Shown here one piece after another: positions 1-31,150 of a DNA stretch of 64,000 nt. The translations under genes were made by a program, and so were the position numbers. Positions within the stretch are counted from its first letter, which is position 1; each line of letters starts with the position of its first letter. Source of the stretch: the human T2T-CHM13v2.0 reference genome, Homo sapiens. The notes under the pieces were generated by a model. That model had not been told where the DNA came from. It saw only the letters and a program-made list of their open reading frames with translations, and searched no databases. The stretch is taken from the NCBI RefSeq assembly GCF_009914755.1, contig NC_060931.1. One strand, 5' to 3'.

Positions 1-267
1 TATCTTGTTTGTTGCTGCATTCAGAGCCTGAACAGTGCTTGGCATCTGATAAGCATTCAATTGATAGTTAAAATGTTACACTATATGGTGGAGGGGGGGA
101 AAGACTCACAGAACCACTATCCAGAAACTAACATTTCAAATGATTTCCTTATAGCTTATAAAGGGACCGAGAAAAACAACTGCCACACATTTTTGAGAAT
201 GGAAAAAAAAAACAAAAACCCCAAAATATTGAATTATTTAAGCATTTGCATTAATTTTAAAAATTCA

Positions 268-1170
268 GGCCAGGCACAGTGGCTTACGCCTGTAATCCCA
301 GCACTTTGGGAGGCCGAGGCAGGCAGATCACGAGGTCAGAAGTTCGAGACCAGCCTGATCAACATGGTGAAACCTCGTCTCTACTAAAAACATAAAAATT
401 AGCTGGGCATGGTGGTATGCGCCTGCAATCCCAGCTACTCAGGAGGCTGAGGCAGCAGAATTGCTTGAACCCGGGAGACGGAGGTTGCAGTTAGCCAAGA
501 CTGCACCACTGCACTCCAGCCTAGGCGACAGAGTGAGACTCCATCTCAAACAAAAAAATTTTTTTTTCAACACAGTTTAAGGGTTCCCCACCAGAGGGGA
601 AATACGGTAAATTTTAGTTCTCAGGCTAATAGATTAAAAATTTAAAGGCCAGGCGCAGTGGCTCAAGCCTGTAATCCCAGCACTTTGGGAGGCTGAGGTC
701 GGGGGAATCATTAGGTCAGGAGTTCAAGACCAGCTTGGCCAAGATGGTGAAACCCCGTCTCTACTAAAAATACAAAAATTAGCTGGGCGTAGTGGCAGGC
801 ACCTGTAATCTCAGCTACTCGGGAGGCTGAGGCAGGAGAATCGCCTGAACCAGGAGGCGGACATTGCAGTGAGCCGAGATCGCACCACTGCACTCTAGCC
901 TGGGCGACAAAGCAAGACTCCATCTCAAAAAATAAAAATAAACAATTTAAAAACTGCCCACTCTGCTAGAAATATTAGTTACTATGAAAATTCAATCATT
1001 ATTTATTAAAAGCATGTTTAATCACAAAAGAAAGAGTCAATGATAGGCCCGGCAGGGTAGCTCATGCCTGTAAACCCAGCACTTTGGGAGAACTGCCTGA
1101 AACCAGGAGTTCCAGACAACCCTGGGCAACAAAATGAGACCCCCCACACCGGCCCTGCCTATCTACAAAA
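268..1170 (+). mobile_element. Alu cluster (268-558, 647-942, partial 1046-1170)
   Basis: Alu consensus with A-rich tails. Confidence 0.92.
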
Positions 1171-1819
1171 AAATCAAAATTAAAATTAATTTTTAAGAGC
1201 CAATAGAGCAGCTCATGTAGACTCTGAAGGGCATCTTCAAGATGTTTAGTAATCGATGAAACTGATTTAAGTTGATTTTATAGAAATGTTCAAATTGTCA
1301 CCAATTAGAGAAAGTGAGCCTCCAAATACCCATCACCTGTTTCAATTAACGAGTATGATAATCTGATCTTGTTTATTCTATACCCACACCTGTACCAAGT
1401 CCCCCTTACGTAGCATGCCATGCTGAACTACTCCAGTAAACAACAATGAAAAATAAGGAGCTTTATTTCAACATAACCACAACAGCATTACTGCTCCTAG
1501 AAGTGATTAGCAAAAATTCCTCATTATTAGATATCCACTAAGTGTTTATTTCCAATTGCTAATAACTATCTTTTTACATGAGGTTTGTTCGTATCAAGAT
1601 GCCAACAAGATATACATATGCATACAGTTGATATGCTGATATATAATCTTAGGTCTATTTAATACACGAGTTTCCCCTCACTGTTTTCTTCACATTTATG
1701 TAGTGGTCCAAAGTCATAAAATACTACATGATTACTCATTCTGGATTTTACTCACTGCAACCCCCTTTGTATCATTTTAATAATTGTTTACTACATAGAA
1801 TTAGATATATAATAATGTA

Positions 1820-2771
1820 TTTTTTCTAAGAGATAGGATCTTGCTCTATTGCCCAGACTGGAGAGCAGTGGTACAATCACCTCACTGCAGACTCAAACCT
1901 CTGGGACTCAAGTGATCCTACCATCACAGCCTTCTGAGTAGCTGGGACCACAGGCATATGCTACCATGCCCAGCTAAATTTTTTGTAGAGATGGGGTCTC
2001 ACTACATTCCCCAGGCTGGTCTGGAACTCCTGGCCTCAAGCAATCCTCCTGCCTTGGCCTCAATAATGTATAATTTGTTTATATATATAAGACATCTATG
2101 AACCCACCTCCAATAATTAGAAGATAATTGAAGATAATTGCATGCTTCTCCCCCAACCCTCCTCCTCCCAGAATATAATTATCACCCCTAATTTTTTATT
2201 CTCATGCTTTGATTTACAACAGTTATCTGCTAAAACTGACTTTTTTAGCCTGGCATAGTGGTGCATGCTTGTAGTCCCAGCTACTCGGGAGGCTGAGGCA
2301 GGAGGATCAACTGAGCCCTAGGGAGGTCGAGGCTGCAGTGAGTGGTGGTGGTACCACTGCACTCCAGCCTGGGCAACAGGGTGAGATCCTATCTCAAAAA
2401 AAACAAACAAAAAAAACCCTGACTTTTAAAAAGTAGACAAAATGGTGCCAGCAGTCCTTAAAAATGACCAAAATTGTCTGGGTGCAGTGGCTCGCGCCTG
2501 TAATCCCAGCATTTTCAGAGGCCAAGGCAGGCAGATCACCTGAGGTCAGGAGTTTGAGACCAGCCTGGCCAACATCGTGAAAACCCATCTGTACTGAAAA
2601 TACAAAAATTAGCCAGGCATGGTGGCACAGGCCTGTAATCCCAGCTAATTGGGAGGCTGAGGCAGGAGAATCGCTTGAACTCAGAGGCTGCAGCAAGCTG
2701 AGACCGTGCCATTGCACTCCAGCCTGGGCAGTAAGAGCAAAATTCTGTCTCAAAAAAAAAAAAAAAAAAAA
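1820..2771. mobile_element. Alus: 1820-2062 (-), right monomer 2248-2415 (+), 2477-2771 (+)
   Basis: Alu consensus. Confidence 0.88.
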
Positions 2772-3469
2772 GGGGGGTGGGGCCAAAATTGCCAGAAATG
2801 GTTGGGGGGAAAAAATTTAATGAGCAAAACTTAATACTATCTAGTCAGTACTCAAATTTTCCTGATTAAAAAATATCTTTCTTAACAACTGGTATGTTCA
2901 AATCAGTATTCAGATAAGATCCATATGTGGCATTTGCTTATGACTCTAGTCTTATAACCTAAATGTTACCCTTTTTCTTGCAACTTATTTGGATAAAAAA
3001 CCAAAAACCTAAAATGCTGTCATTTGTCTTTGAGTTTCTCACTACCTGGAGTTTGCTAGTGACACTCCTGTAATAGTGTTTAATACATTCCTCTGTTCCC
3101 TATAAAGTTGTAGTTAGATCCAAAGGCTCAACTTGGTTTCTCTTGTTTCATATTTGAGAGAGGCAATATTCCATAGGGAGTGTTCTGTACTTCCATGGGA
3201 GTTGTTACCTCTGATATCTTTCTATGATGTTGGCAGCTACTAGTGATCACTGCCTAAACCCACTATTTCATTCAAGGTTGAAAACCATGATTTTCTCATT
3301 CTATCATGCCTTCTGTGTTTTTTAGCCAGAGTTATTCCATAAAGAACAAGTGTCCCTCATCAAATATTTGGATGCTCTGAAGCATACTAAGTATAGTAAA
3401 GACAGGATAAATACTTTATTCTTTCCCTTCTGCAGCAGATGGTTTTGTGCTCCTTATCACATCACCTGA

Positions 3470-3890
3470 CTCATCGCTGTGGTGGACAATCAATCCCACA
3501 CACATTTCAGTTGTCTCGCTTCTTTCCACCCAAAAGCACACACCTTACACAAGGCTGCTTCTTTATCTCAGGGCTTTCTCCAAAGTCTCTAGAGTACAGG
3601 AGCAGCCCAGAAACACTGGACAGACAAAATCCTTAAGAAGAACTTGCATAAATATAGGTGTATGAGGGTGCGGGCAGGAAGCTCCAATTTTTCAGATAGA
3701 TAAACCTGGGAGGCATTCCGTGAATTTCTTGGAGGTCCCGTTTCCCTATAGGAAACTCAATAAAGTATCTATCATTGGCTTTTCCTCACTCCCCAATTCA
3801 TTCTTCCCCTTCCCTCACTTCTTCTTGAAATCATCTCCAAAATAAACCAACTTTGGCAAATCCCTGTTTCAATCTCTGCTTTAAGAGGAG
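3470..3890 (+). mobile_element. Probable old ERVL-type LTR remnant (LTR16-like)
   Basis: The 3' pattern ttcccttccctcactt...atctccaaaataaaccaact..gcaaatccctgtttcaatctctgcttt resembles the U3/R end of this class. Family is uncertain. Confidence 0.4.
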
Positions 3891-3893
3891 TCC

Positions 3894-5125
<1,232 letters not shown>

Positions 5126-6499
5126 CAAGCCTCTTTTTCTTTTTTTCTTTTTTTTAGGGGGAAAAAAAAAAAAAGGAGTCCAAAGATATTATTTCAAATT
5201 TTTCAGAATAACATGTTAGGGACCTGACATTGCCCAAAGACAATCAAATATTTCATTCCTTCAGTATCATTATTAATTCAGAGTCATACATATTTTGCTT
5301 GTATCAATCTTTTTTGATGCTCAAATTGTCCCATCTTTGGCCAGCAAAACGGCTTCTTCATGTTAGCTCCTTCATCTTTTGATGTGACTCCAATAATATT
5401 TGTGAGCATTTCTGCTTTCTGTTATGACGTGATATTCTAGGTTTAGCTTGTATGTTTCTTGCCCCCATCTATAATCAGCCTTATCAGCATGGATCCTTGA
5501 TCCCTTTTAGTCAGAAAAAGTACAGAGAGACTACAATCTGGTCACTAGAGGCACTCATTAGATTGGTTATTGCTTCCAAGCCAGAGCTAGAAAATACACT
5601 TGGAAAGAAAATAAACCATGGGTTCATACTGATTATTTCCAACTCAGATTTTGGATGACTGGAATTTCACAGAAAGTCTCTTATATTTGCATATTTTCTT
5701 CCACTAAAAAATCTGACAAAAGATAGAAATAAGAACCCAAAAAAGTGCTTTATGTTTATTTTCTCATTTAACCCTCAGAGTTGGCATTTTACAGATTAGG
5801 AAACAAAGGCAGAAGTAATTTAATTTGTCTGAATACACACACAGCTACTGTGTGGCAGGGTCAGCATATGTATTTGAGCATTCTGGCCACAGATTCTATC
5901 CTCCTAACCATACTCTAGTCGGTCTTACTGATTTCACTTATAATCCAACCAACAGCATAACCATACCAAATAACTTCACAAAAAAGTATAGATTGCACAT
6001 GAAATTCAAAAGATAAAAATATATGCTAATCCTAAGCAATATTTTCCCTTTACACCTTAGCTTTAAACCACAATAACTTACATATGGCGACTCAATATTG
6101 AAATTAAGTGGACAAGCTTACATATTAATACCAAGAAAGAAGGAAGAGAGGAAAGGCAACTATGAGGAAAACACAACTACTCAGTTGTCTCAAGCATTAC
6201 AAAGATTATATACATAGGCACCTCAGGTACTTCTGAAGCTAGTCATATCAAGTCAAGTCCCAATGCAAGACACAAAACTGTATTAGACCTGCAACCTTTC
6301 ATCCAAATTACCTGTAAGTCCTGGATGCACCTTTAACTTATTCCTCTGGAAAAGGCTCTGTCTCAGCCCCTTCCTTCTACCAATGCTTACATACAAATCA
6401 AGTGGGAATCACTGCTTCCCTGCTTTATAAGACAGATACTGACATAATGCTGCTAACACCAGCTGATGACAGAAGGAGAAAACCAAGTCTAACTTGTAA

Positions 6500-7028
<529 letters not shown>

Positions 7029-8116
7029 TAATTACACCTATTCTTTCTTGGTTTATACAGTTAAGAATCAGCTCTTTAAAAGGTCAACCTCAATTTTCAA
7101 GAAGTTTAATACTGTACTCCAAGCAAATACTTGGGAAAATGATCAGTCTTACATTCCTGGTCTATATGTCAACTGGCATAACTCTGCCTCATTGCTGACT
7201 TGGCAGTGTCTTATCCTCTAACTCAAGAATTATCTTTCTTACATCATTTCCTTAGGTAAAGTTGTAACACGCTCAAAGGCTTAGCTGTCTGTAAATAGGG
7301 AGAACTAGGAAGAACTTAGAGGTCCAGGAAAAAGGGATTCAATTACAATACACAGAATGAAATCTCATGGAGATATTATAAATATGAAAGAATATTTAAT
7401 GAAGACATGCGCTTATGACACTGTTCACTGAAAAAAGTGCATCACTAAAAGAGAACATGGAATATGATCTCATTTTAAAATACGTGGTTTTATCACAAAA
7501 AGAACATTCCAACCAGGAACAAAATGTACATATCTGTACATACACACATACACATGAACATTAACAGAAGTAAGGAAGAGAGAGCATTACGATACTGACC
7601 GTGATGAGCACTGGCTGGTAGAATCATCTGCAGTTTTCCATTTCTTCTAGCTTTTGTGTTTTATAAAATGAACTTTACTAGTTGTTGAGGGAAAAATAAG
7701 CTATTGTTTCTAGCCAGCAGCATAATATCAGAATGAACCAAGAGGAAAACAATTCTAGATTCTAACAGTTCTAACTAGTTCTGTGACATCAGTTCTCCAT
7801 CCCCCTATAAAATTCCTATAGATTTTATAGTTTAGCAGAAGAAACTAGATACTTTAGGTCAGTCTTAAATAAGTATCTGTAAAAGTGGAAAGGAGGAAAC
7901 ATAACTTAGGAGTAACACAGGTAGACCCAGGTCAAAAATCCCTATGAAAGATGGCATTGCATCTAGTGGATTAACAGAGGGTCACAGGTACACTAAAGAA
8001 AAGCATACTTCCTGCAACAGTTAAAAAGAATGCCAGATTCTAGTGAACTGAACAGGAGGAAGGAAGGGGGAAAAAAAAAAGATTACAAGGTCCCCTACAC
8101 CGTAAAATAAAGAGAT

Positions 8117-8235
8117 GTCCTTCAATTATGGTCCGAGAACCACCTATGTTAGAATCACCACAAGGGACTAACTAAAATGCAGATTCCAGGGCCCCAAAAC
8201 AGACTTAAATCGTAATTTCTGGGGGTGGGGCAGGG
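8117..8235. mobile_element. MER5-like hAT MITE fragment
   Basis: ttagaatcacc...ctaaaatgcagattccagggcccc signature. Confidence 0.6.
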
Positions 8236-9069
8236 GAACTTGGCCCCTCCCCCGCCAACCCACACACACACATTCTCTCTCTCTCTTATGGATTGGTGGC
8301 CACTGTGGTATAGTTAACAGGGCGAGTCTCAAAGGCAAAATTACTTGTTTTATTCACTGTTGCACATTCCACTGGTTAACAGATTGCTTAGCTCATCTCA
8401 GGCAATTATTCAATATTACTTAAACAATGAGCAAGGGAACAAAGTCTCTTTACATCACAGTTCTAAGTGAGAATCTAAACATGGTTTTTTCCATTATCCC
8501 CAGCTCCCAGATCTCCATGGTAACAGCTATGTTTTAGTCCCGTTAACTAAAACAGAGGTATATTTTATCTTTTACATTTGCACACGTTATCTCCATCTAT
8601 GTAGAACAGAGTCTGACAGCCAGACGTGCATGGATGAAAACTTGACTGACGCCATGAGTATGCACTAGAAGAGTCCAAAAAAGACTGAATGTTTTTCTAC
8701 GTACTCTCTTACTACTATTGTTTGCTTGCATTTACACACTGCTATGTCTTTCTTTTAGAAGATTAAATGTTCCTTGAAGAAACATAGTCAAAGTTTTTAT
8801 ACTTCCTTAGGACATGTGCAAGTTAGGAAAACCTAACACTGTTCGAAAGACAATTGATACAGGCACACATCATCACACTGGGCCTTTGTTTTACTTCTTA
8901 ATGTGACTACTAGAAGGGCACGCACATCTTAATGTAGAATGTCAAACAGGAAAAAAACAAACAAACAAAAAAAACAGGGCACAAACTAATCCTTGATCCC
9001 TAAATAACCAAAGATTTTTATAGTCTTCATACTGAGATTTTAACTAAGTAAATGTGCTTCATTTTTTAA

Positions 9070-10547
<1,478 letters not shown>

Positions 10548-11443
10548 TTATATGGAATACGTATTTTCCACATAAAAGTAACCATCACTAAAACTGTACC
10601 TGCAAGAAGAGGTGTTTTAAGATTACTAAACTTTTAAAACCACTGTATTTTGAATACGGGGTATGTCTACATTAACAGTTTTTATTTCGTATTACTGCTA
10701 AGTGGATGTGGTTCTTAGACAAGGCAGATCCTTGGGTTTGTTTTTGTTCGTGGGAAAGTTGCAGTTGATCATTATCAAATTATACCACCTTCTCATCAAC
10801 TTTAGAAACTATAATAATCTCACCACCCCAAAGCTTGAAGACTGTTTCCCAGAGGTAGACTTACACAGCCAGACTTGTTTATATTTCCATTTTTAATGTT
10901 TTCTACAAGTAGGCAAAGAAAATAAGCAAATAATTGTGTTCAAGAAACTCAGTATGAGAATTCTCAGTTTCACGCACTCTGAGAACTCCAATGTATCAAC
11001 AAAACAAAAGGTTGACAAGTTTGATCTAAATATTTCTGCCTGACATTCCTCATCCTAGGTAACTCAACTCTTTCTTTTCTCCCAAGATATAATTTCACTA
11101 GGCTTTGTAGATAACCCTTCTCCTAGCAGAAAACATAATGCAAATGCAATGCTACGTTACCAGTCTCCAATAGCAGCAAATTGTTCCTGATTACTAAGCT
11201 CTTTTTCCTTCTAGTGAGATAGAACAGGTATGTTTACCACACTTAAGGACAAACAAGTTAAAAAAAAACTTTCACTTAAGTGCAACATGCTTCCCCAACT
11301 ACATCAGTATTTTCCCAAATTTGAACTCAGTCACATTAATCCATCATTTCCTTGAATGAATAAAACCTTGGCCAAAGTATTAAAATTTTCCCTTTTCTCA
11401 CCTATGACATATTTGCCAATTAAACACAAAAATCCTGAAAATG

Positions 11444-12482
<1,039 letters not shown>

Positions 12483-13247
12483 AACATCTAAATTTTTTAA
12501 CAAATAAATTTCAAAGTGAAAAAAGGAGGAGGGAATCCTTGACATTAAGTAAAACAAACTTAAGACCTATTAACCAATCATAATGGAAGAAACTTATTTA
12601 AATCCCAATTCAAATACAATGGAAAAAACTAATCAGGAAAATTGGAATATTTAATACCAGTGAGTTAGTGTCATGTTTTTTAATATGTAATGATAATGTC
12701 TATGCTTTTTAAAAGTCTGTCTTTTAAAGATACATGCTGAAGAATTAGGAATGTAAAAAGCTTGCTGTCTTCAATTTGTTTTGAAATAATTTGGGGAGGT
12801 GTGGCATTGAGGCACAGAGATGAATCAAAGCCAGTCATCATTTGGTGATTCTTGAAGCTAGGTGATCAGTATAGGAGGATTTATTATACCATTATCTCCT
12901 CTGTGGTACTTTTAAAATTTCCACTGTTTTTCCCTACTCTCTTAAATCTAGAAGTCACCATCGACACAAATGTTAAATTCCATTAAAATCAAACTCTGGG
13001 CTTGTTAGTACCCAGAAGAAGGAATTTTTAAGAGAAAAATATAATTTAACTTTACATGACTATCTGGTAGTAAAGAGATGTTAAATACTTTCCATGCACA
13101 TAACCTGAGATGATATTAGTATTTCCTATACCACAAAAAAACTAGAATTTTCTAAGATTGTTACATTAGACAGTGTTAGATGTCCTTCCTTTGCCTAGGA
13201 AAGTACATTTGGATTTATTTTGCTGCAGTAACTATAGTATAACTTCA

Positions 13248-14953
<1,706 letters not shown>

Positions 14954-15387
14954 TGACAATAAAAGATCCAATGCATATGATGTTTCAAGAAGTTCCCTTT
15001 GACCAGCCTGGGCAACACAGTGAGACCGACTCTATTTTTAAAAAATTTTTTAATTCCTTTCTACTGGGAAGTCATTTCAAGGACCCCACATGCTTATAAT
15101 GGTTGTTAGGCTGATAAAATAATCTTTAAAAATTTAGTTAAATAAATTTAGTTATAATAACCCTAGTTGTGGTCCTTTAAAACTTCAGTAACTATGTCAC
15201 ACTTCCAGTTAAATTACTTTCTCAGAAAAGATGACAGATTTCCAGTAGCAATAATGGTAAAATCTACTTAATAAACTCATAAGACTGAGATGCTAAAAAA
15301 AATTTAACGATTCTACTTTCCACCATTATAGTTGTTAAAAATGTTACATATTTTTCAATTTCAATTTAAAAAGTTACATGTTTATAG

Positions 15388-16860
<1,473 letters not shown>

Positions 16861-17619
16861 AACAAAGCTTTATAATTTGAAAAATCATCATAAACTAAAT
16901 CTGTTATTAACAATCTGTATAGGGTATTACACTTTAGTGGGATGGGCCTTAACACCTTGTAAAAATGTTGAAATCAGTGTTTTGGAAATGCGTAAGCTTT
17001 AAGAATGTGTTACACAGCCAAGTACTTTAACAACTGCCTGAAACAGACTAGTAGAAACAAGTGCAAACATAAGCTATCCCGACATACTGTCTATTGGGGG
17101 AGCGGCACAGCAGGACTCCAACAACCCCTAACCACCAGCCACCTGTCCACATATCAGGTCATTTTTATTTTTACGCAGGCTCTACTAGGGCTATAGAAGG
17201 ACCTAAGTCAAAGTTTTAGCTTTTTTCTAAGAGGTCCCACATCATATACATAAACAAATTTAAGCCTACTCTACTGACGATTAAACCTTGAACATAAGAA
17301 TACAATATCAGTTGCAAGCATTTGGGATTCTGAATCCCTTCTCTATAGATTTATCTATCAGACATCATTTAAATAGTTATTTACCCCTATGTTTACAACT
17401 TTAGGTATCCTGGGACTTGGGAAGGCTTTACACACATAAATAACTTAAAAATTAGTTGCAGAATCCTACAAGCAGAAAAGAATAGCAAATAATATACTTG
17501 AAGTATTTTTTGGTCTACCATTTCAAGAGCCTATATATTCAGAGTCATGACAGTTATGAGACTGAATAAATAGCATCAAAACCACCAGATCTGATTTACT
17601 TCTAACAAGACACACATCT

Positions 17620-21500
<3,881 letters not shown>

Positions 21501-21709
21501 CAAAACAGTAAGGTATGGTGCTAAGTCGTATTTTTTCTAAAAAAGCATACATTCACAGATGCTCACATATACATGTAAATTTTCCCTAAAGGAACACAAT
21601 AAACTGCACAGTAGTTGCATTTGAGGAAGGAGAAAAATAAAGTATCATTTAAATTTTGCCATGTGCACTGTTTTTCTAAAACCTTCCAAGCTTTTTAATT
21701 AATTTAGAG

Positions 21710-21978
21710 AAAACTACTTTTACTTAGTTCCTGTGGGTGTTTTGTATACAGTGTAACTAAGTATTACTTAGTTCCTATGGGTGTTTCGTATACACTATAG
21801 AGTATTATTTAGTATGACTAAGTAAAACTGCTTTTACTTAGTTCCTGTGGGTGTTTTGTATACAGTGTAACTAAGTATTACTTAGTTCCTACGGGTGTTT
21901 CGTATACACTATAGAGTATTACTTAGTATGACTAAGTAAAACTACTTTTACTTAGTTCCTGTGGGTGTTTTGTACACA
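21710..21978. repeat. 114-bp tandem repeat, about 2.35 copies, with internal subrepeats and palindromes
   Basis: Units start at 21710, 21824 and 21938. The core tacttagttcctrygggtgtttygta occurs 5 times. Confidence 0.92.
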
Positions 21979-22696
21979 GAAAATAGCTTAAGATTCCATT
22001 AGATTTGTTTCGGTATGTACATTATTCATCAAGAGACCTAAGAATAAATAGGAACACTGAAGAAGCGTGTAACAATGCTTTACCAATATTGTTATAGATA
22101 GCACATCAAAATGCCAGAGACTGGGGAAAAATGCATGATCATGAGCTAAAGTTAGACTGGTATGGAAAAAATAACCTGCAGGTGATTAACAATTACCATA
22201 AGTGACATACACAACATACAATAGTTATGTTTAAGTAGAGGGCAGTATCTGAATTTAAGGCAATGCATCATGTATATGAAGAATGACCTTATTTCCACTA
22301 GTTGTAAGATATCCCCAGAAAAGTATTAGATTTATTACATTTAGGTAGATAAGTCTGTAGTAAGTATAAAGCTGCTCGTCTAAAATGAAGCACAAAACAA
22401 ATTAAAAGAAAAAATAAAATGAAGCACAAGCAAAGATTTCATCTTTGAAATTAGATGATCATAATCTTTGGACATTAGATGGTCATAATCATCTTTCCCT
22501 CTGTGCTGAATCATTGCCTTCAGAATACCACCACGTTAATACACTTGCCTTTAAAAAACCTCACTTCCATAGTCTGAGCAACAAAATAACAACTGTAACA
22601 TGTTATAATCTATGCAATAAGATTCCATGAGTCTAATATTAATATAAACAAAGTAAATTGGGGAAAGTAAAGTTTATTCCAAATAATAAATGTAGA

Positions 22697-26283
<3,587 letters not shown>

Positions 26284-27078
26284 ACCTGATCTAATTTCAA
26301 ACCACACATTAGAGCAGAGCAGCCATTCTCAAAGTATGGTATAAGGAATCCCTGACACACTTTCAGGAGGTCCAAGAAGTTAAGACTATTTTCCTAATAA
26401 CACTAAGATGTTATTTGCCTTTTCTGCTGTGTTGTATTTGCACTGGTAGAGCAAAGGCAATGATGAGTAAAGCTGCTGGTCCTTAGCATGAAGCAATGCA
26501 GTGGCACTGAACTGTACTAGTAGTCACTGTATTCTTCTCTGGCATTTGCAGCGAAGAATTATGCAAACTGTTTAAAAATGTCCTAATCTCAATCCTTCAG
26601 TATACATCCTTTTATGATCTGTATGAAGAAAAGGGAAGCATGCATAAAGCACTTCTGCTACCTATCCTGGTTGTCTGCACAAAAAGCACTGTGCAGTTGT
26701 TTGAGTTGCAAGACGAACCAGTCAAGCACCGTTTCTACCTGAAGAACTAGAAGCAAAATGTAGTTACTTAAAAACTTGAGTATCTGGCAGATATTTTCTC
26801 AAAAAGGAATAAAATGAGTCTGTCACTTCAGGTAAAACGATTTTCCTGAAGTATCTGTTGCCAAATGACTAAATTTGAGCTTTTAAGTAAAAACTAGTAT
26901 TTTGAAAAACTTCTATCTATTACCAATGAGCTTTGACAGCCTCCCAATCCTCGTGGATAAAGATCCTTTCCGAGTATAAGACAATCAATGGATTCTTTTT
27001 GTAACAAGTACAAAAAAAATTCACTGATAGGATTTCAGATTCCACATTGAAACTAGACTTTAAAAAAACTACCACTTG

Positions 27079-27140
27079 GTGTTACAGCTCTTTTAGAATT
27101 TGTCCAGCAGGTGGTTTTCCGGTCTTTACCAGTAAGCCCC
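27079..27140 (+). pseudogene. U7 snRNA retro-pseudogene
   Basis: GTGTTACAGCTCTTTTAGAATTTGTCCAG...TTTACCAGTAAGCCCC matches U7. The Sm site is altered (TCCAG vs TCTAG) and the stem is degenerate. Flanked by TSD ctaccacttg (27069-27078 / 27165-27174). Confidence 0.92.
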
Positions 27141-27175
27141 CACCCCCGCACCTCCGCAAAAAAGCTACCACTTGT

Positions 27176-27310
27176 AGCTGGGTGCAGTGGCTCACGCCTG
27201 TAATCCCAACACTTTGGGGAGGCCAAGGCACAAGGATCACTTGAAGCCCAGGAGATCAAGACCAGTCTGCACAACATAGTGAGATCCTGTCTCAATTTAA
27301 ATTTAAAAAG
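27176..27310 (+). mobile_element. Alu left monomer (FLAM-like)
   Basis: Alu left-arm consensus ending in an A-rich tail, followed by TSD ctaccacttgt at 27325-27335. Confidence 0.8.
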
Positions 27311-27554
27311 GAATTTTTTTTTAACTACCACTTGTCATATTTTGATGTAGCACCAAAGAATATCTGTAATTATTTATACTCCTTCCTTTTCTAAACACAT
27401 ATCCATATGTGGCTGGATTTTCCTCATATACTTCAATCAAAACAATACATGACGACAAACTGAATGCAGTAGTAGTTACCAGTATCCAGTTGCCTCTTAG
27501 GCCAAAGAAACTTACAAAAATGAAAAACAGTTGTCTTTTATAAGAGTGTTTTAG

Positions 27555-30533
<2,979 letters not shown>

Positions 30534-30974
30534 CTAGATTGGATATCTTTTTGTACACAGACTGACTTTTCAGCTGTGCCCTTCTGAACTGCCACTTCTC
30601 ATCCTTCGTTCATTTTTATACTGTTTCTACCTCTTTGGAATTAGGAATTCATCTCCTGGTCTATTATTTCCTTTACGTATGATCTCTCCTAAGATAATTC
30701 CATAACTAAACACATTTTAGGGATTCTAAGATCCATGCACCTAGATATAAAGCACCAATTCTTAACTTATTCACAGTGCATAACCCATATTTTACAAAGA
30801 AATGTGAAACACTCCTATGTCTCCGTATATATGAAACATAAACCATAAACCACGGGGTCATACGGGAATAGGCACACCCATCCCCCATTTTCCACTACCA
30901 CATGGTAAACACACAAACTTATTAGTGAGACAATATCACTTTAGTACCAGATAATCCAAGAAGTCCTTTACAGA

Positions 30975-31150
30975 CATTATCATTTAATTCCCAACAACCC
31001 TCTGCCATAGGTCTTATTACCCTCATTTACAGATTTTAAAAACAGAAATCTCAGAGTTTAATCAGTTTGCACAAGATCACAGGGCTAAGCAAAGGTTCCT
31101 ACTGAGGCCTGTGTAGCTCCAAGCAAGATGCCACTGGCCCACCCTTACCA
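30975..31150 (-). mobile_element. MIR fragment
   Basis: tcatttaattcccaacaaccct...ttattaccctcatttacagat...aatcagtttgcacaagatcacagggctaag MIR core. Confidence 0.65.

Larger units (their letters stand above)
26320..27530 (+). mobile_element. hAT-Charlie (Charlie1-like) DNA transposon remnant, interrupted by the U7 copy and an Alu monomer
   Basis: Charlie-type end cagccattctcaaagtatggt, plus degenerate transposase-like sequence (aaagcacttctgctac...ttgtttgagttgc) near 26645-26710. Confidence 0.65.

Noticed and set aside
21710-21978. Repeat-spacer appearance resembling a CRISPR array
   Set aside because: The spacers repeat with the 114-bp period, the context is eukaryotic intron, and there are no cas genes.
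27079-27140. Functional U7 snRNA gene
   Set aside because: Altered Sm site, disrupted stem, flanking TSD, and no evident snRNA promoter (PSE).
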